Part shown: positions 53,546 to 63,965 of the stretch, piece by piece | Layout: every line of letters begins with the position of its first letter | How positions within the stretch are numbered: the first letter of the stretch is position 1 | DNA from: Prorocentrum cordatum | Taxonomy: Eukaryota | NCBI GenBank assembly: GCA_963575745.1 | Contig: CAUYUJ010000152.1 | Span: forward strand, 1 to 63,965 | Length of the DNA stretch: 63,965 nt | Direction: 5' to 3' | The notes under the pieces: model-generated | The model's input: only the letters and a program-made list of their open reading frames with translations | The model's database searches: none | What the model was told of the DNA's origin: nothing | Position numbers and translations under genes: made by a program

Positions 53546-55347
53546 GGGAAATAGAGGAGGAGGAGAAGGAGAAGGAGAAGGAGGAGGAGGAGTAGGAGTA
53601 GGAGTAGGGGTAAAGCTAGCCAGCTCGAGCGAGTCAAGCATGGCATGCCCAGTCCCACCCGCCCTCCCACAACATAAGAAGCAAAGCTGGTACAACTGGG
53701 GGCCGAAGTCACACCGGCCAGCCGGTTTGGTACAGCTGATGCGGCCGCGATGGCGGTTGCCGACGGGAACTGGCGAGCGCGTGTTGAATGCCGCGCACGC
53801 ATTGCCAGACGAGTCGAGAATGGCCCGGTACACCGCAGGAAGCCAGAGGTGGCCGTGTCGAGAACGGCCCGGTAAGCCGGGTCCCATTCCTGCCATGCAT
53901 TTTGCGACGTGGACGACAGGACGTCCATGCGACGGTGCCAATGACGGCGACGACTCTAGAAGGATTTGAGCATGCGCTCGCGGCGACGCGCGCGCATGTC
54001 GCCCGCGTGGTATTTTTTGCACAGGATTCGCGGCCTGGGTGCATGACAGAGCATCGCGAGTGCACCGCGCGATGACGTGAAATCGCTGGATTTGACCGAA
54101 TTCTTAAGATTCCTATGGTTTTCCTATGATTTCAGCAAGAGAGCCCGGGCAGGAAATTTGTAGAATTTTTGTGAAAAAAGCATTGGGTTTTTGATGTTTT
54201 TATGTTGAAATGCTTGCAAACACACGGTGTTCGGTAGGATTCTGACATGAACGCGCGCGTGTGCTCTTTGTGGTATTTTTTGCAATGGATTATCGCCGTG
54301 GACGACAGGACGTCCATGTCGAGAGGAAAAAATAAGAAAAATGTTGATTTTGTATTGTTTTTTACAGGTTAGGATGGGACCACCCGGATGTGGCCCCTAA
54401 TGGCCGGCCTGAGGGGGGAGTAGGAGTATATTCTAATAAGGAATAAGGATAGGAGGAGGAGGAGGAGGAGGAGGAGGAGGAGGAGGAGGAGGAGGAGGAG
54501 GAGGAGGAGGAGGAGGAGGAGGAGGAGGAGAAGTAGGAGGAGGTGGAGATTGCCAGCATGGCAGCGGGGGGCGCCGCGCCCGCCCGATCCTCACCTCCAG
54601 ATGTTCATTCTCGCCATCCTCACTCTCTGGGCCCTCCCCCACATCCTCGCCCTCTGGCTCCACGCTCGCCTGATCATCATCTGCGTGACCCTCACTCTCC
54701 TGATCCTCCCCCTCGCGAGCCTCGCCCTCCTGATCCTCACGCTCCTTCTCATTTCGATCATTCTTCTCCCGCCGAGAAGCGCACGCCCCTTCTTCTGTCT
54801 ACAGAGACTCCCGATCAACCGCAACGCGGCCGGCTAATATACACCCCCTCCCCCACCTGGCCGGCGGCCAACCTGGAACCATGCCGACTCCATGCGGGCC
54901 CGCCCCCCACCATCCCGATCAAATAACAATACAAACCGCACTCCGCCTCCACATTTATTTGGAGCATGCGCGGCCAACCTGGTACGCCCCCCCACCATCC
55001 CTGTCAAAAAGCAATGCACCGCGATCACTTTCTATGGTTTTGGATAGGGACGGCGGGGGTGTCAGCACTTTCCCTGCTGTGAGCAGGGCTATCATCCCTG
55101 ACAAAAAACAATTTACCATGCACCTCGCGGCCAAATCTCGATCATGCGCGGCCATCCCGCGATCATTGTCAAGTGGTTCTTGACAGGGACAGCGGGGGGG
55201 GTGGCGCGTGGCCTGCTGTGCGATGCAGGGGCCTGCTGACAATGATGGGCATTGGTTTTCGACAGTGATGCGGGGCCGACATGTTTCCCGATGTGTGCTG
55301 TCACGTGCGTGACGCACTCTGCACGTGCCCCGAACATGCCGCACCTG

Positions 55348-55543
55348 TCGGGTCGGGCGAAAGGGGGGGGATAGCAAAGGGGGGGTTTGAGAATCAGCTC
55401 GCGTAGCTGATTTTCCCGGCGCCTCCCGGCGCCGGAGGCGCCCATGTATCGAGGAATGGGCCCCTCGGTGAGGCCGAAACCAGCTGCATGCAGCAAATTT
55501 CGTAACCCCCCCTTTCCCAATCCCCCCCTTTCGCCCGGCCCGA
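55348..55543. mobile_element. MITE family D, copy 2 (5-bp TSD ACCTG, i.e. CAGGT on the minus strand)
   Basis: ACCTG|TCGGGTCGGGCGAAAG...CTTTCGCCCGGCCCGA|ACCTG. Confidence 0.92.
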
Positions 55544-55807
55544 ACCTGGCGGGGCTGGAGTGAGCGTGCGGCACACCTGGCGCACTCGGAGCACGAGTGC
55601 GGGGGGAGGAGGAGGAGGCGGAGGAGGAGGAGGAGGAGGAGGAGGAGGAGGAGGAGGAGGAGGAGGAGGAGGAAGAGGAGGAGGAGGAGGAGGAAGAGGA
55701 GGAGGAGGCTGGAGCGTGCGGCACACCTGGCGCACTCGGAGCACGTGGCGCATCTGGCGCACCAGGCGCCCCCGGCCCGCGGGGCGCACCCTCGCCCCAA
55801 GCGTCGC

Positions 55808-56270
55808 GCACCTGGGGTCGGCTTTGGTTCCCAATAGCTGCCCATCCAAAGGCGACGGCTGAACATGCTCGGGCTCGGGCGTTACTCGTGTGTTGGGAGG
55901 ACACCAAGACCCCAAAGAGCCCCAGAGGGCCAAGATGACCCAAAAGAGCTTCACGCGCACCTGGGGTCGGCTTTGGTTCCCAGTAGCTGCCCATCCAAAG
56001 ACGACGGCCGAACATGCTCAGGCTCGGGCGTTACTCGTGTGTTGGGAGGGCGGGTGGGAATGAGCTAGATGGATTGCGGGCGGGTGGGTAGCTTGATCAC
56101 TGTTCTTTATTAATGCACACCCCCTCCCCCACCTGGCCGGCGGCCAACCCGGAACCATGCCGACTCCATGCGGGCCCACCTGGGGTCGGCTTTGGTTCCC
56201 AATAGCTGCCCATCCAAAGACGACCGCTGAACATGCTCGGGCTCGGGTGTTGATTATGTGTTGCGGGGGC
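55808..56270. repeat. Three ~90-bp direct repeats (CACCTGGGGTCGGCTTTGGTTCCC..GAACATGCTC)
   Basis: Copies at ~55808, ~55958 and ~56177. Confidence 0.85.
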
Positions 56271-56369
56271 GGGTGGGAGTGAGCTGGACAACTTTCGGGC
56301 GGGTGGGTGGCTTGATCCCTCCCCCTCCCCCTTCCCCTGGACCTGGACGGGGAGGGGACGGAGGTGTCA

Positions 56370-57030
56370 GAGGGCCCAAGATGGCCCAAAATGGTTCTAA
56401 GAGGGCCTCCGATGCTCCAGGATGGCCTCCAATATGCCTGAAGATACCGCAAGATCGTTCGAGATGGGTTCCAACATACCTCCAATAGGCCCCAAGAGGG
56501 CCACAAGACTGCTCCAGGTGCTTTTGGCGACCCTTCAGTACCTCCCCGAGAAGCCAAAATCCTTCAAAAACCTAGGGACACTCACTGATTGTTGCCTTCT
56601 GGCCTTTTCGCTTCCGATGCGCTTTAAGGCCTCAAGATGGCCCTAAGGTGGCCTAGGAGAGCTCCAAGAAGGGCCCAAGAGGCCTCCAAGACTGCCCCAA
56701 GAGCGCCCCAAGGGGGCCGAAGAGTGCCCCAAGAAGCTATTTCGACGGCTCCGGCGGGGGGAGGCAAATTTATGACCTCCCTTCCTCTGATCGATGGTCT
56801 CCAAGATGGCCCCAGGAGGCGCTCCGTAGCTCCCAAGAGGGCCCCAAGAGAGCCCCATGAGGGCCCCAAGGCGCCCCAAAAGAGCCCCAAGAGGACACCA
56901 AGACCCCAAAGAGCCCCAGAGGGCCAAGATGACCCAAAAGAGCTTCACGAGGACCCCTTAATATCCCCCAATACAGCCCCGTAGCTCCAAGAAGACCTCC
57001 GATGCTCCAAGGTAGCCTCCAGAATGGCTC
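56370..57030. repeat. Dispersed CCAAGA/GGCCCCAAG-rich repeat; also at ~13500-13600, 20920-21000, 37540-37660, 40200-40370
   Basis: Recurring ~11-bp CCCCAAGA(G/C/T)GG modules, all on the same strand. Confidence 0.8.
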
Positions 57031-57241
57031 ACCACCCTCCTTCCTCTCCTCTCCTTGCACGCTCTATTTCACTGTATGTGTCTCTTCGTCCCTTTTCCCG
57101 TCAGCTCTCATGGGCAGGGCTTCTGAATGGGCTGATGGGGACTCGCGAAGAGTAAACACTTGTGTTACACTTGTTCTTCGGTGCTCCGTCTGCTTTCAAC
57201 GGGACATTGACTGTTAACTCAGGGAAAAGAGGGGCCTCGTT

Positions 57242-57400
57242 TTAAGTCGGGCCCGTCCCTCTACAGGAGGAACATTCAAGAATAGTCAAAAACTAGTCTG
57301 GGGACTATTTGTTAACATCTGTTTGGCCATTTTGGAATATCTGTTGAGTATTTTTATTTTTCGTCGAAAATCCCACTGTAGGGGGCCCCGCCCGACTTAA
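57242..57400. mobile_element. hAT-like MITE (8-bp TSD GCCTCGTT)
   Basis: GCCTCGTT|TTAAGTCGGGC...GCCCGACTTAA|GCCTCGTT; an empty paralogous site lies at ~57758. Confidence 0.92.
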
Positions 57401-57451
57401 GCCTCGTTCCTTCTTTAGGGCTCCTTATGATCATGGCATAGCTTCGACTGC

Positions 57452-57677
57452 TCGGGGATTTTCTGACCCGGGTCAATCCAGACCCGGGTCAGCCAAGCCT
57501 CGCAGAATCCTGCTGGGTCCTGCATCCAAGCCCGGGTCAATGCGAAGGATCCTGCATCATCCTGCAGAATCCTGCACCCAAACCCGGGTTAGTGCGCCCC
57601 TGGCCCTGCAAGATCCTGCAAGATCGGGCGCTCTGGCGGACCCCCGTTTGCATTGACCCCCGTCTCAAGGCTCCCGA
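57452..57677. mobile_element. MITE family F (5-bp TSD ACTGC)
   Basis: ACTGC|TCGGGGA...GGCTCCCGA|ACTGC; partial relatives at 57810-57935 and 58190-58429. Confidence 0.85.
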
Positions 57678-57944
57678 ACTGCACCCTCCCTTTCTTGTTC
57701 TTGGGTGCTCCTTCTGCTTTCAACGGGACATCGACTGTTGACTCAGGGAAAAGAGGGGCCTCGTTCCTTCTTTGGGGCTCCTTATGATAATGGCAACGCT
57801 TCGACTACACCCAAACCCGGGTCAACGCGAAGGATCCTGCAAGATCCGGCAGGATCCTGCACCCAAACCGGGGTCAGTGCGCCCCTGGCCCTGCAGGATC
57901 CTGCAAGATCGGGCGCTCTGGCGGACCCCCGTTCGCGATGAGGC

Positions 57945-58535
57945 CGGCGGCGGCCCCGGAGGCGGGCGGGGCTCGGCGAGGCGTGGCTCGGCGAGGCGGC
58001 GCTGGCAGGGCCCCTGCGCTGGCTGCTCGCGCCCCTGGGCGCGCTGCTGGCGCGCGCGGCGGGGCTGCTCCCCGCGGGGCGGCGCGGGGAGGCGCTGCTG
58101 GAGGGGGGCGAGGCGGCCACCGCGCCGCCTCGGGGCGCGGGCGCGGCCGCGCTGGCCGCGGGGAGGGAGCCGGGCTCCCCAGACCCCCCTCGGGCCATGA
58201 AGAAGTCGCGACGGACCCCCTGACCCCCGTCCCCAGACATCCGACGTCTCGATTTTTTCGAGACACGGGCCCCCAACCTCCCGACCACTTCCCCGGGACC
58301 GGTTTTTCATCCCGAGTCGTTTTTTGACGGTCCCGAGGCCCGGCGAAGGCCTCCAGAGGCCGAAAACGATGAAAAACCTTTGTCTCGATTTTTTCGAGAC
58401 GCCCGATGTCTGGGTCTCGAGGCTCCCGAACTGCACCCTCCCTGGCCCCGCCGGCCCAGCCGAGCGGAGGGGCGGCCGCGGCGCCGGCTCCGGCGCGGCG
58501 CCGCTGCCCGGCGCGCTGCCGAGCTCGATGGCGAC
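57945..58535 (-). CDS. Two candidate coding segments (VAIELGSAPGSGAAPEPAPRPPLRS, 58430-58535; GEPGSLPAASAAAPAPRGG..., 57945-58190) separated by nested MITEs
   Basis: GC3-rich, protein-like frames; CAG|G acceptor at 58536-58537. Confidence 0.35.
58232..58414. mobile_element. MITE family E copy nested in an F-like element
   Basis: TC|CCCAGACATCCG...CGATGTCTGGG|TC; the uninterrupted target TGACCCCCGTCTCAAGGCTCCCGA is present at ~57654-57677. Confidence 0.88.
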
Positions 58536-59007
58536 CTGCTCATGCTGCTGCTGCTCGGGCGGGGGGTAAGCACAGCGCCCAGCAGGAGGAGGAGGAGGAG
58601 GAGGAGGAGGAGGAGGAGGAGGAGCAGGAGGAGGGGGAGGAGGAGGAGGAGGAGGAGGAGGAGGAGGAGGAGGAGGAGGAGGAGGAGGAGGCGGACGATG
58701 ACGAGGCAGGAGGAGTATGGGGGGGAAGTATAGTCGGGGAAGCTCGGAGAGGACACGCAAGGTGGCCCAAGACCCTTCCGAAGGTCAAAGGGCAACAGGA
58801 GTGCAGAAGGCATGGGTCGCGAATGCACAGGACGCAAGGGTACCCTTGATCTGGCAGGGTCGACCTGCTCGTCAACCTCCACCGTGTAGGGCGAGGGGAG
58901 AGAATAGGCGGAGTCCCCGGAAGAGGGCGAGGCAACGGCGTAGGCTTGATTCGCCCGCCGAAATCTTGATTCGCCCGGCTCGATTTCGCCCACGCTCATA
59001 GAGGAAC

Positions 59008-59156
59008 GAGAAGTATGCACATGCACCGATTCTGGCCAGGCCCACCCTGAGCGCAGGATCGGTGCATACGCCCTCCTGCCTGGGCCAGGAGAGCCTATGC
59101 ACTGATCCTGGGCCAAGGATGGGCATGGCCAAGATCGGTGCATGTGCATATTTCTC
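59008..59156. mobile_element. Foldback element with ~30-bp inverted arms
   Basis: GAGAAGTATGCACATGCACCGAT..TGGCCA / TGGCCA..ATCGGTGCATGTGCATATTTCTC. Confidence 0.7.
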
Positions 59157-60082
59157 TTCGCCCGAGCTCACTCCGCCCGAGCCTCGATTCGCCCAGCTCG
59201 ATTCGCCGGGCTCGGTCCGCCGGGCTCGACTGGCCCGACTCGGCTCGCCCGGCTCCGGCCCTCGACGAGGCGGCGGCCGCCCGCCCGCCGACCCGCCCGT
59301 CAGGGCCCGCCCGCCCGACCCGACCCGCCCGCCAACCAGGGCCCGCCCGCCCGGCAAAGCGAGCCCCGGCGAATCCTCCTCCCCCTGTTCCTCCTCCTCC
59401 TCCTCCTCCTCCCCCTCCTCCTCCTCCTCCTCTTCCTCCTCCTCCTCCTCCTCCTCCTCCTCCTCCTCCAGCTCCTCCTCCAGCTCCTCCTCCAGCTCCT
59501 CCTCCCCCTGCAGTGAAACGGGCCCCGGCGAAGCGAGCCTCGGCGACACGGGCCCCGGCGAAACCGAGTCGGGCGCACCGAAGCCGCGCGATCCGGGTCT
59601 CGGCGAACCGAGCCGGGCGAAGCGAATCGGGCGAAGCAGACCCCGTCGGAACGAGCCCTGGCGGGCCAAGCAATGGCGAACCGAGCCTCCGGCGAACCGA
59701 GCCTCCGGCGAACCTCGTCCGTGCCGAGGGAGCGAGGGGGCCAAGGGCGAGGGGGGCGAGCCAGCCGCGTCCAGAGGGCCGTATCCGCCTGCAGCAGCGC
59801 CCAGAAGCCGGGAGGGGAGCCGAGGCGAAGCGAAGGAGGGGGGGTGGGAGGAGCGAGGCAGGGGGAAAGGGATCGGCGGAGCAGAGGGGGGGGAGGGAGG
59901 GAGCGAGCGAGAGAAAGGTGAGCCAAGGAGGATGGGATCGGAGGAAGGGGGGCCAAGGCCAAGGAAGGAGGGGAGGGGAACGGGAAGGAGAGGGGGAGGG
60001 AGGCGAGGGACGGAGGGAAGCAAGGAGGCGGAAGAGGACGAGCAAGCAGAGGGCGAGTGGAACGAGAGCGGAAGCGGCATGG

Positions 60083-60226
60083 CATGGCTAGAGCTAAACA
60101 GTGTTATTCGTTTACGTTTTGTTTTCGTTGTCCTTCGTTCTGTCTTCATTCTGCCTTTGCCACGAAACGAAATCAAAACGAACGCGGTCCACGAATTTGC
60201 CGAAACACCGTTAAGCTCGAGCCCTG
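60083..60226. mobile_element. hAT-like MITE family I (8-bp TSD CGGCATG(G/A))
   Basis: CATGGCTAGAGCTAAAC...GTTAAGCTCGAGCCCTG with 7 of 8 matching flanks. Confidence 0.8.
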
Positions 60227-60829
60227 CGGCATGATGCTGAGGATGAGGGTGATAAAGATGAGAAACATGAAAAAGGAGGATTCTGCTCGCTCAAGATTGG
60301 CATCGGGCACCTGGAGCCATGGTCTCAACTAGATGGCAGAAACACAAGAAGACATGGGACTGGGCCAAGATCTCCCAACGCAGTGCTGCACAAGCCAATC
60401 CCTCGGGGCCCATGAGGGGACAGGGGAGGACGCCGCAGCTGCGGTGTGAGGGGACAACGATGTGCAGGGATGTTGAAGAGAGGGCGAAGGTGACGATGGG
60501 GAAGAAGATGATGACCAAGGACGAGCAGGGATGGCTAGGAGGGGGGAGAAGATCACGAAGACCCCCACGAAGACCTTCACAGCCCCCGAAGACATGCAAG
60601 TCGTTGACGCACCTTCCCTTTTCCCTCCCCGCCCACTCTATCTCTCTCACACACACACTCGTTTTCGATTGATCCGTCTCTCCCTTGTCCTTCCCGCCTC
60701 GTCCTACTCGTGTCCAACGTGTACTCCTCGTAATCGTCTCGTCGTCGACGTCGTCGTCGTCGTCGTCCCCCCCCTCCTCCTCCTTCTCCTCCATCTCCGC
60801 CTCCTCCTCCTCGGCGGCGGCGGGGCGAC

Positions 60830-60883
60830 CTCTGTGCCCTCCTTCAACCCCACGGGCGCCTCGGTCAGCAGGATGACGATCTC
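60830..60883 (-). CDS. Candidate 54-nt exon (EIVILLTEAPVGLKEGTE)
   Basis: AG|G acceptor, AG|GT donor, exactly 18 codons, GC3-rich. Confidence 0.4.
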
Positions 60884-61295
60884 CTCGGGGCCGCGGCCGG
60901 CCGGGGGGGAGCGACGAGGGCGCCAGACTTCACGCCCTCGCGCTGGTCGAAGCGCGAAGAGCGGATCACTGCGCGCCCTCGAGGGCGCCCTTGAGCGATG
61001 AGGGCGGGTTGGGGGGGGTGAGAGGGGAGGGGGAGCGAGAGGGGGAGCGAGAACGGGGCAAAGCAAGCTAGGTGCGCTCGCGCCACATCCGGCATCCTAT
61101 CCCTCCCCCCCATCCCTTCCCATTGCGTTTTTTTCGTTAGCTGTTGTTTTTTTCCTTATTGCGGACGCGTGTCATAGCCGACCTGGAACTTCAATATAAA
61201 GAACCCATCGTGCAACGCGTATCGAAAAAACAGGAACTGCGCACATGAGGTGGAGGGTGAGCAGGAGGACAAAGAAGGTAATGATGAAGGAGGAC

Positions 61296-61344
<49 letters not shown>

Positions 61345-61429
61345 CGCAGTAGTAGTAGTAGTCGCAGTAGTAGTCGTAGTAGTAGTCGTAGTCGTAGTAG
61401 TCGTAGTCGTAGTCGTAGTCGTAGTCGTG

Positions 61430-61515
<86 letters not shown>

Positions 61516-61549
61516 TATAGTCGTAGTAATCGTAGTCGTAGTCGTAGTC

Positions 61550-61603
<54 letters not shown>

Positions 61604-61623
61604 ATAGTAATAGTAGTAGTAGT

Positions 61624-61655
<32 letters not shown>

Positions 61656-61666
61656 TAGCTGTAATC

Positions 61667-61704
<38 letters not shown>

Positions 61705-61725
61705 CGTCGTAGTGCGTAGTAGTCT

Positions 61726-61773
<48 letters not shown>

Positions 61774-61778
61774 TAGTG

Positions 61779-61821
<43 letters not shown>

Positions 61822-62104
61822 CAGTAGTAGTAGTAGAAATGATAGTGGTAGTGGTGGTCGTAGTAGTAGTAGTAGTGGTGGTAGTAGTAGCAGTCGTAGT
61901 CGTAGTCGTAGGAGTAGTCGTAGTCGAAGTAGTAGTCGTAGTAGTAGTAGTAGTAGTAGTAGTCGTAGTAGTAATAGTAGTAGTAGTAGTAGTAGTACTA
62001 GTAGGAGTAGTCGAAGTAGTAGTAGTAGTAGTGGTAGTAGTAGTAGTAGTAGTCGTAGTAATAGCAGTAGTAGTAGTAGCGATAGTAGTAGTAGCAGCAA
62101 CAGC

Positions 62105-62136
<32 letters not shown>

Positions 62137-62270
62137 AAGTAGTCGTAGTAGTAGTAGTAGTAGTAGTAGTAGTCTTACTAGTAGTAGTAGTAGTTGTAGT
62201 AGTAGTAGTCGTAGTAGTAGTCGTAGTAGTATTCGTAGTAGCAATAGTATTCGTAGTAGTAGCAGTAGTC

Positions 62271-62311
<41 letters not shown>

Positions 62312-62402
62312 CGTAGAAGTAGTAGTCGTAGTTTTAGCAATAGTAGCAGTAGTAGTAGTCGAAGTAGTAGTAGTAGTAGTAGTCGTAATAGTAGTAGTAG
62401 TC

Positions 62403-62437
<35 letters not shown>

Positions 62438-62651
62438 CGTAGTAGTAGCAGTAGTAGTAGTGGTAGTAGTAGCGATAGTAGTAGTAGTAGTAATGGTAGT
62501 AATCGTATTCGTAGGAGTAGTAGTAGTAGTAGTAGTAGTGGCAGTAGTAGCAGTAGTAGTAGTAGTAGTAGTAGTCGTAGTAGTAGTAGTAGTCGTAAAA
62601 TTAGTAGTAGTCGTAGTAGTAGTAGTAGTGGTAGTAGTAGTAGTAGTAGTC

Positions 62652-62698
<47 letters not shown>

Positions 62699-62900
62699 CG
62701 TGGTGCGTAGTAGTCTTAATAGTAGTAGTAGTAGTAGTGGTAGTAGTAGTAGGTAGAAATGATAGTGGTAGTGGTGGTGGTAGTAGTAGTAGTGGTGGTA
62801 GTAGTTGCAGTCGTAGTCGTAGTCGTAGGAGTAGTCGAAGTAGTAGTAGCAACAGTAGTAGTAGTAGTAGTCGTAATAGTAGTAGTAGTCGTAGTAGTAG

Positions 62901-62937
<37 letters not shown>

Positions 62938-63200
62938 AGTAGTAGTACGTAGTAGTGTCGTCGTCGTAGTAGTAGTAGTAGTAGTTATGAATAGTATTCT
63001 TAGTCGTAGTAGCTGGCAGAGTAGTCGGTGGTTAGATAGTCGCGATAGTAGTAGTAGCAGCAAACCGCAGCGTAGTAGTAGTAGTAGTAGTACTAGTAGT
63101 AGTAAAATAGTGTAGTAGGAGTAGTAGTAGTCGTGTAGTAGTCGTAGCGTAGTAGTAGTAGTGTAGTAGTAGTAGTAGTAGTAGTACTCGTAGTATAGTG

Positions 63201-63233
<33 letters not shown>

Positions 63234-63461
63234 TAGCAGTAGTTAGTAGTAGTAGTAGTAGTAGTAGTAGCGATAGTAGTAGTAGCAGCAGAGTAAGTAG
63301 CAGTAGTAGAGTAGTAGTAGTAGGGTAGTAGTAGTAGTAGTCAGTAGGAGTAGTCGTAATCGTAGTAGTATTAGCGTAGTAGTAGTAGTATAGTAGTGAG
63401 TAGTAGTTGTAGTAGTTAGTAGTAGTAGTTAATAGTAGTTAGTAGTAGTAGTAGTAGTAGT

Positions 63462-63494
<33 letters not shown>

Positions 63495-63524
63495 GTAGTA
63501 GTAATAATAGTAGTGCTAGAAGAA

Positions 63525-63568
<44 letters not shown>

Positions 63569-63626
63569 CGTAGGAGTAGTAGTAGTAGTAGCAGTAGTAG
63601 TAGTCGTAGTCGTAGTCGTAGTAGTA
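61296..63626. repeat. 2.3-kb (AGT)n/(TAG)n microsatellite with CGT/GGT/AGC variants
   Basis: Directly visible. Confidence 0.98.
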
Positions 63627-63965
63627 AAATCCGCCGGCCCCCTTGTGGGGCCACCAGGCTGTAGGCACGTGATTCGCAGTTTCCTGTACCAGTCGTAGGT
63701 TGTAGTTTCCAGTGTTACAGTTCTGCTTCTTGCTGGTTACTGTAACTAGTTGACTTCTTGCTGGTTGCTGTAACTAGTTGATTGACCGCGCGAGGGGGGG
63801 GGAGGCCCAAACAAGATTTTTAGCCTCACCTGGGCGCGTTGTCTGAATTGCTGAGGGGGCTCGAAATCGCCACCCCTCACGCAGATCCGCGGGGTCAGGG
63901 TCCAACAACACAAGGGATTTGCCACATTTCTGCAATTCGGTGCCACCCCTCACGCAGATCCGCGG

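Noticed and set aside
60284..60672. GCTCAAG followed by ORF 60319-60672 as a fourth SL relic
   Set aside because: Only the last 7 nt match the SL, which is too weak.
61156..63115. Long ORFs of 330-486 aa (poly-V/S/L/T) and the many poly-E/R/G/P/M ORFs elsewhere
   Set aside because: They are translations of stop-free frames of trinucleotide microsatellites, with no protein-like complexity.
61296..63626. Telomeric repeat
   Set aside because: The unit is AGT, not TTTAGGG, and unique sequence resumes after 63626.

Overview
Eukaryotic, GC-rich, repeat-saturated DNA. It is almost certainly dinoflagellate nuclear genome (Prorocentrum-like by inference), because it carries three genomic copies of the 22-nt dinoflagellate spliced leader (SL; DCCGTAGCCATTTTGGCTCAAG). 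No intact protein-coding gene can be called, and nearly all long ORFs in the track are microsatellite artefacts ((GGA)n, (GAT)n, (AGT)n). The window holds: decayed LINE fragments, including one ~6 kb ORF1-endonuclease-RT-RNaseH copy headed by an SL relic; a copia-like gag/protease remnant; an SL-headed retrocopy; scattered candidate minus-strand exons; and more than 25 short non-autonomous inverted-repeat elements (MITE/introner-like) in over 12 families, most with a readable target-site duplication (TSD). Three points stand out. (1) Every multi-copy element family lies in a single orientation across the window. (2) Six unrelated families share T(C/T/G)...GA ends with a 5-bp TSD. (3) Exact removal of the elements rejoins reading frames, including a ~400-codon frame broken by seven insertions within 2.7 kb. 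All calls are by eye; no database search was run.
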